A program made the translations under genes and the position numbers. The notes beneath the pieces are model-generated. The model was not told the DNA's origin. It ran no database searches and saw only the letters and a program-made list of their open reading frames with translations. 64,000 bases of DNA from an uncultured Akkermansia sp. (GTDB lineage: Bacteria; Verrucomicrobiota; Verrucomicrobiia; Verrucomicrobiales; Akkermansiaceae), in NCBI GenBank assembly GCA_947601655.1, contig CANQGG010000005.1:4309-68308 (forward strand), written 5' to 3'. Every line of letters begins with the position of its first letter. Position 1 is the stretch's first letter. Positions 27,367-37,860 of this stretch are shown here, piece after piece.

Positions 27367-28583
27367 CTGCGGAATATCAAGCTCGTATTGATGCCACCAA
27401 AAGCGTAGTTATTGTTCATCACATACTCCGCATCCAAACAGCGTCCCGGACCGGTGATATAATCCAGCCCGACACACTCGGGATCCAGCTCGTGTAAATT
27501 GAGGTTCGGATGGTACCACCCCTCGCGCATCATCATGATGCTCACCATAGACTCCAACGCACCGCAGGCGCCCAGCGTGTGCCCGGTGTATCCTTTCACC
27601 CCAGAGGCAGGCACAGCATTCTCAAACACAGATCTTGTGGCTATTGCCTCTGCGCTGTCTCCCGTCCTAGTGCCTGTTCCGTGCAAGTTGATATACCCGA
27701 TGTCCTCAGGGGACAAACCGGCCATTTGCAAAGCCTCCATCATGGCACCCTTCATCGTTTCGGCATTGGGGGACGTGATATGGGTCCCATCGGAGGTATA
27801 GCCAAAGCCCACCACCTCGGCGTAAATACGGGCCCCTCGGGCCTTGGCATGCTCCAGCTCCTCAAGCACCAGGGTGCAGGCTCCCTCGCCCAACACTAAG
27901 CCGTCGCGATCCTTGTCGAAGGGCGCAGGCGTACTCTCAGGACTCTCATTGCGTGTACTGGCGGCAAACAAAGCATCAAATACCGCCAACGCCAGCATAT
28001 TACAACGCTCTGCACCGCCGGCCAACATCACATCTTGACGCCCCATGCCAATAGCCTCGTATGCCGTGCCGATGGCCACACTGCCCGAAGTACAAGCCGT
28101 ACTGCTGTTGATGATGCGCCCTTTTGTCGCAAAGAACAGAGAAATATTTACCGCGGCTGTATGCCCCATCAACTTCACGTAGGTGCTGGAGGTGATCTCG
28201 CGTGCATTCTTCTCTTTCAACAACTTCACACACGGATCAAAGGCCGACATAGAACCAATGCAAGACCCATATGCCACGCCCGTGCGACTACTGCCTATAA
28301 CGCCATCCCCCAATAGCCCGGCGTCCGCCAAGCTACGGCGCGTGCAATCTACCGCCATTACTGAAAGAGAGGACATGGTGCGCAACTGCTTGCGCGTAAA
28401 ATCCGCGGGCGGAGCATAGTTCGACAATGGGGAATATAGGTACGAGCGCAGGCCTTGGTACGCCTCCCAGCCCACCATGCACTGTGTTGCATTTTTACAG
28501 CTCCTCAGCGTTCGCATCATTTTCTCCTGCGTTTCCCCCAATGTAGAAATCGCAGCCATACCAGTCACAACTACCCTTTTCAC
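27354..28583 (-). CDS. Beta-ketoacyl-ACP synthase II (ApeR/FabF-like)
   Basis: STACTSG, NLHGTGT, KGYTGHTLGACG, NNYAFGGIN; GTG start. Confidence 0.9.
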   Translation of the reverse strand: MKRVVVTGMAAISTLGETQEKMMRTLRSCKNATQCMVGWEAYQGLRSYLYSPLSNYAPPADFTRKQLRTMSSLSVMAVDCTRRSLADAGLLGDGVIGSSRTGVAYGSCIGSMSAFDPCVKLLKEKNAREITSSTYVKLMGHTAAVNISLFFATKGRIINSSTACTSGSVAIGTAYEAIGMGRQDVMLAGGAERCNMLALAVFDALFAASTRNESPESTPAPFDKDRDGLVLGEGACTLVLEELEHAKARGARIYAEVVGFGYTSDGTHITSPNAETMKGAMMEALQMAGLSPEDIGYINLHGTGTRTGDSAEAIATRSVFENAVPASGVKGYTGHTLGACGALESMVSIMMMREGWYHPNLNLHELDPECVGLDYITGPGRCLDAEYVMNNNYAFGGINTSLIFRRWPS

Positions 28584-29338
28584 ACCAAACCTCCGTTTAC
28601 ATTGATAACCTGGCGAGTAATATATCCCGCTCCATCCGACATAAGGAAAGATACGGCAGCGGCCACCTCCTCCGGCCGCCCAGCTCGCCGCAGCGGTATC
28701 ATTTTCTGTACATCGTCCATCGACAAATCAGCTGTCATATCCGTCTCGATAACACCGGGAGCCACACAATTCACAGTAATTTTGCGTTTGGCCAACTCCA
28801 GTGCTAGCGCTTTTGTGGCACCGATAATGCCGGCCTTAGCCGCGCTGTAATTTACCTGCCCTCGGTTCCCGATCACCCCGGATACGGAGGATATGGTAAT
28901 GATCCGTCCCCCTTGGCGACTCTGTATCATCGGCATCACACAAGGGTGTATCACGTTGTAAAAAGAATCCAAATCAGTACGCAACACCTTGTCCCACATG
29001 TGAGCCCCCATCGCGGGAAACGGAGCATCAGCCGCCACGCCAGCATTGCTTACCACACCATAATACGCCCCGTGCGCCTCAATGTCAGCTTCCAGTACGG
29101 CGCGAGCTTCCTCCCTCTTTGCCACATCAAACATCAGCACACGGCATGCCGTACCATTTGATCGCAACCGATCCGCCAAATTTTCGCAGGTCTCGCGGCT
29201 CTGCTTCGCGTGCAACACCAACGAGTATCCATCCTTTGCCAGCTTTTCCGCCACTGCCAGCCCAATTCCTCGACTAGCCCCGGTTATCAGACACCATTTT
29301 TCGTCCATCATACGAAATCTTACAGTGTCTGCTGCCAT
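28580..29338 (-). CDS. 3-oxoacyl-ACP reductase (ApeQ/FabG-like)
   Basis: TGASRGIG, SNAGV, NYSAAKAG, VAPGVIETDM; promoter TTGACC-17-TATAAC 6 nt before the ATG. Confidence 0.92.
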   Translation of the reverse strand: MAADTVRFRMMDEKWCLITGASRGIGLAVAEKLAKDGYSLVLHAKQSRETCENLADRLRSNGTACRVLMFDVAKREEARAVLEADIEAHGAYYGVVSNAGVAADAPFPAMGAHMWDKVLRTDLDSFYNVIHPCVMPMIQSRQGGRIITISSVSGVIGNRGQVNYSAAKAGIIGATKALALELAKRKITVNCVAPGVIETDMTADLSMDDVQKMIPLRRAGRPEEVAAAVSFLMSDGAGYITRQVINVNGGLV

Positions 29339-29426
29339 ACGTTCGTTATACCATGCAGTCTGATATTGGTCAATGATTTTCAGATTGAAGGATTAAATGC
29401 TGGCGCTTCTTCTCCAAAGGTCATGA

Positions 29427-29991
29427 TTGAGGCTCGCTATGAAGGAAGGTGCGGTGGGAGTCGTGACGCTGCTCAAGGAAAAGGGAATCGACCCCGGAGA
29501 ACTTCAAGTCGTGAATCCGGAGAAAATCGAGCCGCTGCTGAAACTCGGCGCCCGCATCCCCAAGGACATGACGGATCGGATCACGGAGGATTCCATACCT
29601 CTCGGACATGGTTCACGTCCCGCCAGACTCGACGAGGACTACGTTGACATCATCCAAATCCTCAAACCCACGGTTACAAACCGAATCTGATGGCATGGGC
29701 AAAAGGAAACGGCGGCGGTGGAGGTCTCAACATCAATGCTTTTCTTACGTTTTTCAAAACAGGCGAGAATCTGAATGAGACGGACGAAAACGGCAACTCC
29801 CTCCTCGGCAACTACGTTTCCTCTGCAAAATATGCGTGGAGAATTGCCCAGGTTCTGTCTGCTTTATTAAAGCAGGAGCAAAACTTAACCATAAGAACAA
29901 AGCCGGCAAATCCATCTTGCAGCTCGCGAAAGAGCATGAACTGGAGGGTCGCTTCATCGAACTCCTCAAGGAGCACGGCGCAAAAGAGTGA
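29427..29991 (+). pseudogene. Fragmented ankyrin-repeat gene
   Basis: Three frames: ...LLKEKGID...LLKLGA*, LNETDENGNSLL, then shifted KAGAKLNHKNKAGKSILQLAKEHELEGRFIELLKEHGAKE*. Confidence 0.6.
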
Positions 29992-30044
29992 GGGGGAGGC
30001 AGCCTTTCGTTTCCACGTAGCACCCCAGCGGTTTCATGCTATTT

Positions 30045-30213
30045 AACAGTCGAATGACAATCCGCAGAAAACGGTTCTATTCTCGCTTGATTGCTCATTT
30101 TGGGCGGCATGTATTTGATGTTATCCCTTCATTTTTGAGGCATCAAGCTTTCAGAGAATTCTCTACCCTCCTTTTTAACCTCCCTTCGGTGACTTTGTTT
30201 TTGAGGTATTGCG
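30045..30213 (+). repeat. Dispersed intergenic repeat, copy C (right flank; longest copy)
   Basis: Shares the core with copies A and B, 30045-30070 with B and 30109-30129 with A; followed by GTATTGCGG tandem. Confidence 0.9.
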
Positions 30214-30326
30214 GGTATTGCGGGCATTGCGATTGCTCAAAGAGGGTGATTTTGCAGCTTGTAATGGAAGAAAAAGTATGCTAGGATGATCGTTCCCTCC
30301 TGGGGTAGTTCTGAAAACGGGAACCT

Positions 30327-32423
30327 ATGTATATCAATCGGGAAATATCATGGCTTGAGTTTGACCGACGTGTGCTGGAGCAGGCGGCTCGAGAGAATTT
30401 GCCACTATTGGAAAGATTGAAATTTCTGGCGATATCGGCGAGCAACCTGGATGAATTCTATCAAGTCCGCGTGGGAGGATTGCGGTTGATGCAGCAGAGT
30501 GGACAAGCCCTGCCAGACGCGGCAGGACAGACGCCGGCGGAGCAACTCGAAAGCATCTGCACGCGGGCAAAAGAAATCATGCAGCGGCAGTATGAGCTCA
30601 TGAACACGCTGTTGTTGCCTCTGATGCGAGAAGCAGGAATAGCGCCAATTCCCTTGAAAGACCTTAACGAGGCTCAGCTCAGCTCGCTGGGGACGCTATT
30701 TATGCAGCAGGTGGCGCCTCTTCTCACCCCTCTGGCGTTAGAAGAAGAGCGGGCCATCACCTTGCCGAACCTCAGTCTGGCGCTCGGAGTGGAGTTGGCA
30801 GGACAGGAAGCAGACAAGAGTCGACTTGCAGTCGTGGCTCTGCCGGAAGTGCTGCCGCGACGCGTCCATGCTGCCTGTTTGGAGGAAGATGGCTATGTGC
30901 TGCTCGAGGATCTCGCGGCACATTTCATCGGCATGCTTTTTGAAGGTGAACGCATTCTCCACTGTACCCCTCTACGAGTTACACGCAACGGAGACGTCGC
31001 TGTGCAAGAGGAGGAAGGGGTGGACTTTGCATGGGAAATGAGCAAAGTGCTCGTGGCACGCAAATTCTCTGATTGCGTGCGCATGGAACTACCGGAAGGA
31101 GTAGATGACGCCTTCGCACTGAAGCTCGCGCAGAAGATCGGAGCGGAAGAACAGACGATCTACCGCCTACCCGGCTATCTGCGTCTTGCGGATTTTGGCC
31201 GCATGGCAGAAGAGCCCGGACATGAGCGTCTCAAGGTTGTGCCATGGGAACCGAATCCTCCTGCGGACGTCGATCCCTCGCTGAGCATGTTTGACAACAT
31301 CTCGCGCGGAGATATTCTCATCAACACACCGTTTGAGAGCTATGAGCCTGTTGTAAGACTTGCAGAGGAAGCTGCGGAAGATCCGGATGTACTCGCCATC
31401 AAGCAGCTGCTCTACCGCACGGCAAATAACTCCCGCTTTATTACAGCCCTATGCCGCGCCGCTGAACGCGGCAAACAGGTCACCGCCCTCGTGGAGCTCA
31501 AGGCTCGCTTCGATGAAGGACACAATCTTGCCCAGGCAGAACAATTGCAACGCGCCGGCGTGCAGGTCATCTACGGGGTGAAGGGATTCAAAACCCATGC
31601 GAAAGCCATGCTCATCGTACGACGGGAAAATGGCGTCCTGAAGCGATACTGCCACATCGGCACCGGCAATTACAATGAAAGCACCGCCCGTGTGTACGGA
31701 GATCTCTCCTTGCTCACCTGCGAGGAAGCCATGGGAGCGGACATTTCGCAGTTTTTCAATTGCGTCACCGGTCTCACGCAAATGCGGAGATTCCGCAAGC
31801 TATATCCATCTCCGGCCCTTATGAAGGAGCGTCTGCTGGAACTCGTGCGCGCGGAGACACAGCGTGCATGCAGAGGTGAAACTGCACGTATCCTCGCAAA
31901 GATGAATTCGCTCAACGACCCGGACATGATGAAAGCTCTGGAAGAAGCATCCTGCGCCGGTGTAGAGCTTCAGCTCAACATACGCGGCATCTGCTGCTGG
32001 GTACCCTCCACAGAGGAAGGTCGCCGCCACACGCGTATCGTCAGCATTGTGGATCGCTACCTGGAGCATGCCCGCATCCTATGCTTCCACAATGGGGGTG
32101 ATGAACTCGTGTTCATCACCAGCGCAGATTGGATGAGTCGCAACCTTGATCGACGGGTGGAATTAATTGCACCTATTGAAAACAAACGTCTGGCACACCG
32201 TGCAGTGGAAATCCTGCATGCTTGCATGCGCGATAATGTGCAAGCCTCCATCATCCTGCCGGATGGTTCGTCCAGGCCTGTCGCTCCCGATCCGAATGAA
32301 CTTCCTTTCCGGATGCAGGAGTACCTTCAGCAACAAGCTCGCAAACGCGCCCGCTCCCTGGGAAAAAACAGCCGCACCATCCTCGTTCCACATAAGCCAA
32401 AAAACTCAACCCCAACAGCATGA
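30327..32423 (+). CDS. ppk1: Polyphosphate kinase 1
   Basis: NREISWLEFDRRVL, SNLDEFYQVRV, VELKARFDE, KTHAK, HIGTGNYN, SIVDRYLEH; promoter TTGTAA-17-TAGGAT at 30259-30287. Confidence 0.96.
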   Translation: MYINREISWLEFDRRVLEQAARENLPLLERLKFLAISASNLDEFYQVRVGGLRLMQQSGQALPDAAGQTPAEQLESICTRAKEIMQRQYELMNTLLLPLMREAGIAPIPLKDLNEAQLSSLGTLFMQQVAPLLTPLALEEERAITLPNLSLALGVELAGQEADKSRLAVVALPEVLPRRVHAACLEEDGYVLLEDLAAHFIGMLFEGERILHCTPLRVTRNGDVAVQEEEGVDFAWEMSKVLVARKFSDCVRMELPEGVDDAFALKLAQKIGAEEQTIYRLPGYLRLADFGRMAEEPGHERLKVVPWEPNPPADVDPSLSMFDNISRGDILINTPFESYEPVVRLAEEAAEDPDVLAIKQLLYRTANNSRFITALCRAAERGKQVTALVELKARFDEGHNLAQAEQLQRAGVQVIYGVKGFKTHAKAMLIVRRENGVLKRYCHIGTGNYNESTARVYGDLSLLTCEEAMGADISQFFNCVTGLTQMRRFRKLYPSPALMKERLLELVRAETQRACRGETARILAKMNSLNDPDMMKALEEASCAGVELQLNIRGICCWVPSTEEGRRHTRIVSIVDRYLEHARILCFHNGGDELVFITSADWMSRNLDRRVELIAPIENKRLAHRAVEILHACMRDNVQASIILPDGSSRPVAPDPNELPFRMQEYLQQQARKRARSLGKNSRTILVPHKPKNSTPTA

Positions 32424-32965
32424 AATACCTCGCAGAGGGATTCCGAAGCTATGCCAAATTCACCGGACGCAGTACACGTGCCGCGTTTTGGGAATTTGTC
32501 GGCATCACCCAGGCAATCATGGTCATCCTCCTTTTACCGGCATTTTATGCGCTCGTGCAGTTCTGGGTATACGTCAACGAGCAGGCAGAGTACTTGGACT
32601 TTGCCGTAAGAGTCATTACCGACCCCATCCACACACTGCCGGGAGCAACAGAGAATCTGCGCGATATAATCTGGCGCATGGCTGAATGCTACTTCTCTGA
32701 ACCATGGACAACCAGCCCAGTCGCTATGTGGAGCCTCGTCGTTGCGGGAGCCTGGGCGCTCATCATCGCCCTACCCACCCTCGCAATCACTGTTCGTCGC
32801 CTGCGCGACGCCGGAGCCAGTCTATGGTGGACTCTTCCACCGCTCCTCACTTTCATTCCCGTCTCTCCCCTGGGGCAAATCGGGCTGCTGCTGAGTTTGA
32901 TTACTCTCATTGAGTGCTGCCGCGGCTCACAACTCCCGCCGGCGCCAGTGCAACCACACGCATAA
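32420..32965 (+). CDS. DUF805 membrane protein
   Basis: YAKFTGRSTRAAFW...PTLAITVRRLRDAG. Confidence 0.8.
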   Translation: MKYLAEGFRSYAKFTGRSTRAAFWEFVGITQAIMVILLLPAFYALVQFWVYVNEQAEYLDFAVRVITDPIHTLPGATENLRDIIWRMAECYFSEPWTTSPVAMWSLVVAGAWALIIALPTLAITVRRLRDAGASLWWTLPPLLTFIPVSPLGQIGLLLSLITLIECCRGSQLPPAPVQPHA

Positions 32966-33983
32966 AACCGGGGAAAAGCCGGACGAATAGCTTGTAGAGG
33001 ACAAGGCAGACCACGAGAATGACCCACGGCGCAAGATGCGTTTGCAATAGGGTGAAATGCCCACTGTAATCCCCGGTAAGCAAAAGTCGCAGCCAGTGTA
33101 GTAGGATAAAATGGGTGACGTACACAAAGAACGCAGCAGGTCCCCATTGCGCCACGAAATGGCATACGCGTGGAAAGTATTTGGACAGAAGAGCTCCTAT
33201 ACTCAGGGTGGTCGCTACACCCAGCAACACGAGCGCACTGCTCTGCACCGGCGGATAAAATCCCCAGAACAATACTCCGGGCAGCAAGATAAGCGAACAC
33301 GCCGGCGCGATCCATGCGTGCGAACTTACGACCTTGGTGAGCCTATCGCCATCCGCATAGCGTCGGATGAGCAGCCCGGCAGAAAAAAAACCAACGGCAA
33401 GCACGCTCTCGTAAAGTCGGAAGGGCAGCCATGTCACCCCGCTCATCCTCCGACTTGAAGCGGCTTCGGCATCGGCCCAGCAAAGAACATCCGAAGCGGC
33501 AAAGCAGAAGAGAATAAGCATGAACATCGCCTTGCCTGGCAAACGCTGGATTGTTGGAGCAAAGAAAGAAATGATGATCAACGTACGCAGATACCAGAGC
33601 GGCACGTTCGAAATATCCCAGTAGCACCAGTGCAGCAGACCCATCTCCTGAAGAGGAAGCTGCCACGTGAGCCAACTCCAGTCTCCGACAGTTAATTCAT
33701 TCCAATGCATCAACGGATGCAGAAGTACAAGTGAGATCAGCGTCCAAAACACATACGGCACCAGTAACCGCTTCGTACGAACCCAGTCCACCCACTGCCC
33801 GGCTCTCACCGCGTGCGTGAAATACCCGGCCATCAGGAAGAAAAAAAAGATCAGACTCCGATAATTGAAAAGATCTGCAACGTAAGGAAAGTATCCGTAC
33901 GGTCGATCGCAGTGGCGCACAATCACGCAGAAAGCCGTAAAAATGCGGCAAAAATCAATCCATTCGATTCTCTTGCTTGGCAT
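32907..33983 (-). CDS. Acyltransferase_3 (OafA-like) membrane O-acyltransferase
   Basis: RIEWIDFCR...IVRH, FFFLMAGY, RTKRLLVPY, PLWYL, YVTHF. Confidence 0.8.
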   Translation of the reverse strand: MPSKRIEWIDFCRIFTAFCVIVRHCDRPYGYFPYVADLFNYRSLIFFFFLMAGYFTHAVRAGQWVDWVRTKRLLVPYVFWTLISLVLLHPLMHWNELTVGDWSWLTWQLPLQEMGLLHWCYWDISNVPLWYLRTLIIISFFAPTIQRLPGKAMFMLILFCFAASDVLCWADAEAASSRRMSGVTWLPFRLYESVLAVGFFSAGLLIRRYADGDRLTKVVSSHAWIAPACSLILLPGVLFWGFYPPVQSSALVLLGVATTLSIGALLSKYFPRVCHFVAQWGPAAFFVYVTHFILLHWLRLLLTGDYSGHFTLLQTHLAPWVILVVCLVLYKLFVRLFPGFMRVVALAPAGVVSRGSTQ

Positions 33984-34046
33984 TTTATTATCGCAGGAAA
34001 CGGTCCGGCAGATGCGCCCCGGGGCAATGAAGGAAACCTAAAGAAA

Positions 34047-34913
34047 TCAAATCTGATCCGAATCATCCGTCGTCTCCTCGTCATCCTCTTCGTCGTGTAC
34101 TTCCAGAGCACGGCGCATCTTACGAGTAAGGAACGGACGCAGGATAAGACCGTAGAGCAGATAGCAGAGGAAAAAAAGCGCCGGTGCAATCCACGGGAAG
34201 CACACCAGAGCACCCACCGCTATCACCGCAAGCAAGATGGCTGTGATGGTACCACGTTTACGGAACGTGATATGCTTGAAGCTGGGGTAAATGACACGAC
34301 TCATCATCAGCAATGCCACAATCGCCATTGCTACCGCCATTGTGTACTGCCAGGGCTGAGCAATGACGAGATTGCGGTTCGTCGTGATGTCAATGACAAG
34401 GTACATAGCGCTCACCACAGCACCGGCTGCCATCGGCACAGGCAAACCGACGAAATCCGAACTCTGGTTCGGCTTGCGGGGAGCGGCGGCCATGCAGTTG
34501 AAGCGTGCGAGCCGCAACGCCGCGCACAGTAGATAAAGTACGGCGATGCCGTCTCCCAAATACGGCACAGGCAATTGAAAAAGAACGGCTCGTGCCAACA
34601 GCATCGCAGGAGCGATACCGAAAGACACCACATCTGCTATCGAATCAAACTCTCGACCGAACGGGCCATCCGCCCGGCAGAGGCGTGCCACACGTCCATC
34701 CAGCAGGTCAAAGGCACACGCCGCGAATATCAGGTATGTCGCCTGACGGTAGTATTCGAAAGCCTCCGGGGTGCCTGAGTCAAACTGCATACCCTTGAAG
34801 ATCGTCAAAATCGAGAAAAAGCCGCAAAGCAAATTCCCAGCCGTAAGCATATTCGGCAAAATGGGAATCTTCGGCTCATCCGGGTATTGAGGGAGTGTGG
34901 AGTTATCACTCAT
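34047..34913 (-). CDS. pssA: CDP-diacylglycerol--serine O-phosphatidyltransferase
   Basis: PNMLTAGNL, DLLDGRVAR, GREFDSIADVVSFGIAP, LRLARFN; start may be TTG at 34943. Confidence 0.88.
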   Translation of the reverse strand: MSDNSTLPQYPDEPKIPILPNMLTAGNLLCGFFSILTIFKGMQFDSGTPEAFEYYRQATYLIFAACAFDLLDGRVARLCRADGPFGREFDSIADVVSFGIAPAMLLARAVLFQLPVPYLGDGIAVLYLLCAALRLARFNCMAAAPRKPNQSSDFVGLPVPMAAGAVVSAMYLVIDITTNRNLVIAQPWQYTMAVAMAIVALLMMSRVIYPSFKHITFRKRGTITAILLAVIAVGALVCFPWIAPALFFLCYLLYGLILRPFLTRKMRRALEVHDEEDDEETTDDSDQI

Positions 34914-34939
34914 GACGGGTGGTGTAGGGGTAAAGATAT

Positions 34940-37744
34940 TCAAAGAATCAGAGCGGAGCGAGCAGCAGCAAGAAGTTGATCCTTAGCTTCAACCTTGTTG
35001 CCGGATCCACGTGCCATATCAGACTTGCCCCCACCTTTACCCGAAACGATGGGTGCAAGGGAACGAATGAGCTCTCCGGCTGAAAGTCCGGCAGCTTGAG
35101 CTTCCTCCCCGCAATACGCCCCGAGTTGAAGACTCCCCTTATCACAGACAACGAGGAAAGCGGCTCCGGTAAATTGCCGTTTACGCAAACCGTTGAAAAG
35201 TTCGGTGAGCAGATCTGCTCCACCCTCTGCAGAGAGTACAAGGCGCGATCCGGTGAGTTGCTCGGCAAGTAGGGCATCTGCCTCTCGCGAGGCCGCAGCG
35301 GTCTTCGCCTTTTTCAAGCGTTTATCTGCCTCCTGAGCCGCTTCCTTGAGCACGGCGACATAGCCAAAGAATTGATCAAGCAGAGTATTCACCGTCCTTA
35401 TATCCTTTGCTTGGAGCGCCTTCACGCCGGGTTGATCATCATTCGTGGGCACGGGCACCGTGTCCTGTCCGAGCTCGGCTAACTTCGCATTGACCGAGGT
35501 GACTTTCTCAAGCGCTTCCTTGCACTCCGGCAAATGGCGCTCGATCATCTCGCGTACGGCAGCATAACCGGCGCCGCCGCAGGAAGCCTCAATACGGCGT
35601 ACCCCGCTCGCTATGGCGCCCTCGCTGCGGATCTTGAAAAAGCCAATCGCTCCGGTGTGGCGCACGTGGGTACCACCGCAGAGTTCCATGGACACGCCGT
35701 CGAACTTCCCATCTTCACCGCCCATTTGGACCAATCGTACAGTGTCGCCGTACTTATCACCGAAGAATTGGCAGACTTCCTTGTGTTGACGGATTTCGTT
35801 CATCGCGTGTTCGGCAGCAGACACAGGCAGGTCCTGCGCTACCCAATCGTTCACGAGTTCTTCCACTCGGCGCAGTTGGTCCTTGGAGATGGGTGAGCTG
35901 TTCACATCGAAACGCAGGCGATCAGCTTCTACAAGCGACCCCTGCTGAGCAACATCCTCGCTCACCACCGTGCGCAGAGCGCGATGCAGCAAATGTGTAG
36001 CGCTATGGTGGGCTTCAACAGCACGCCGCCGTTCGGTATCCACAGCGAGTCGCACCTTCGCCCCCACGGCAGGCTTGACTCCATCCGCGACGGAAATGAG
36101 ATGCGCACGAGCTTGTCCCACCTGCTGCACGCCGAGTACCGGGCAGCTTTCCCCGGAACACTCAAGAGTGCCTGCGTCACTCACCTGTCCACCCATCTCA
36201 GCATAAAAAGGAGTCTGATCCGTGATCACAAAGAAAAGACCGTCCTGCTCGTGCAGTTCAATCACTGTGGCCTCACAAGCATCCTGCTCGTAACCGACAA
36301 ACTGCGTGCGTTGATCAGTGTGAATGTCCAGCGCACGCACGATTTGTTTCTTGCGGGCAGCTTTGGCGCGTTGTCGCTGTTCTTCCATGAGTTCCTCAAA
36401 GCGGACAGAATCCACGGTGATACCGCGCTCGCGCGCCATAAGTTCCGTGAGATCAATCGGGAAACCGTACGTGTCATACAGCTTGAAAGCGAAATCGCCG
36501 GAGATGCTTCCTGCTGCCGCGACTTCTTTGTCGAAGAGATACAACCCGCGATCCAGTGTCTCGTTAAATCCTGTTTCCTCCCGCAGCAACACTTCCTTGA
36601 TGGTAGCAGCACGCTCTCGAAGCTCCGGAAACACGTCCCCCATTTGCTCCTGCAGTGTGTCCACCAGTTGCGAAAGGAACGGCTGGGTGAGTCCAAGCGA
36701 GCGCCCATAGCGTACAGCGCGACGAAGGATGCGGCGCAGCACGTAGTTGCGTCCGTTGTTGCCCGGCAGAATGCCATCGGCAATGGAGAAAGAAAGCGTG
36801 CGTATGTGGTCGGCTATCACGCGGAAGGCAACACTCTGCTGCAGGGCTTCCCGCCGTTCCGGCAGAGCATCCTCGGGATAAAGATCGGCATAACGCAGAC
36901 CGCAGATTTGCTCTAATTTGGAGAAGATAGGGGCAAAAACATCGGTGCTGTAGTTGGAAACGCGTTGCGAAAAGTCGGTGAAGTTTTTGGTGCACTGCAT
37001 CATGGCGCAAGCACGCTCAAAACCCATACCGGTATCCACGTGGCGCGCCGGAAGGTTCCGGAAGCTCCCGTCCTTCTCCGCGTTGTACTGGATGAACACG
37101 AGGTTCCATATCTCAATGCATTTGTCACTGCCGGCGTTCACCAGTGTTCCCTCAGTGTCCCCCTCCGGCGTGAGATCCACATGCAACTCCGAGCAAGGCC
37201 CGCAGGGCCCCGTCTCTCCCATCATCCAGAAGTTGTCGTGCGCATTGCCATTCACCACATGCACCTTCGGATCCATTCCCTTGCTCGCAAAGAGCGCCGC
37301 CCAGGCATCATACGCCTCCTGGTCGAATTCACCGGGATCTCCCTCCCCGGGAGCATACACCGTAGCATAAAGACGCTGCACAGGGAACCCCCAACGCTCC
37401 ACAATAAGTTCCCAGGCCCACCTAATTGCCTCCTTCTTGAAGTAATCGCCAAATGACCAGTTGCCCAACATCTCGAAAAAGGTGTGGTGGTAAGAATCCT
37501 GCCCCACATCCTCGAGATCATTGTGCTTGCCGCCGGCACGAATGCACTTCTGCGTATCCGTGGCACGCGCCGGTCGCCATGGCGGGGTCCATACCCCCAG
37601 AAAATACGGCACGAATTGATTCATCCCCGCGTTTGTGAAAAGTAACCCCGGGCTCTGCGGCATCAGCGACGCAGAAGGCACTATGGTATGTTGCTTCTCA
37701 CGGAAAAAATCTAAAAAACTCTGCCGGATTTCTGCCGATGTCAT
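34940..37744 (-). CDS. alaS: Alanine--tRNA ligase
   Basis: LLFTNAGMNQF, HHTFFEMLGNWSFGDYFK, HSATHLLH, ELCGGTHV, GGG; promoter TTGCCA-17-TATGCT supports ATG 37744. Confidence 0.97.
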   Translation of the reverse strand: MTSAEIRQSFLDFFREKQHTIVPSASLMPQSPGLLFTNAGMNQFVPYFLGVWTPPWRPARATDTQKCIRAGGKHNDLEDVGQDSYHHTFFEMLGNWSFGDYFKKEAIRWAWELIVERWGFPVQRLYATVYAPGEGDPGEFDQEAYDAWAALFASKGMDPKVHVVNGNAHDNFWMMGETGPCGPCSELHVDLTPEGDTEGTLVNAGSDKCIEIWNLVFIQYNAEKDGSFRNLPARHVDTGMGFERACAMMQCTKNFTDFSQRVSNYSTDVFAPIFSKLEQICGLRYADLYPEDALPERREALQQSVAFRVIADHIRTLSFSIADGILPGNNGRNYVLRRILRRAVRYGRSLGLTQPFLSQLVDTLQEQMGDVFPELRERAATIKEVLLREETGFNETLDRGLYLFDKEVAAAGSISGDFAFKLYDTYGFPIDLTELMARERGITVDSVRFEELMEEQRQRAKAARKKQIVRALDIHTDQRTQFVGYEQDACEATVIELHEQDGLFFVITDQTPFYAEMGGQVSDAGTLECSGESCPVLGVQQVGQARAHLISVADGVKPAVGAKVRLAVDTERRRAVEAHHSATHLLHRALRTVVSEDVAQQGSLVEADRLRFDVNSSPISKDQLRRVEELVNDWVAQDLPVSAAEHAMNEIRQHKEVCQFFGDKYGDTVRLVQMGGEDGKFDGVSMELCGGTHVRHTGAIGFFKIRSEGAIASGVRRIEASCGGAGYAAVREMIERHLPECKEALEKVTSVNAKLAELGQDTVPVPTNDDQPGVKALQAKDIRTVNTLLDQFFGYVAVLKEAAQEADKRLKKAKTAAASREADALLAEQLTGSRLVLSAEGGADLLTELFNGLRKRQFTGAAFLVVCDKGSLQLGAYCGEEAQAAGLSAGELIRSLAPIVSGKGGGKSDMARGSGNKVEAKDQLLAAARSALIL

Positions 37745-37860
37745 TGCGCCACACAGCATACACCATGTTCTTTCCCTTGGCAAGAGTGAGATACGTCACA
37801 GTTAACCTTTGGGAATTTTCCTCTTGCTTTATCGGAATACTCTGCTAAATAATGAAGAGT

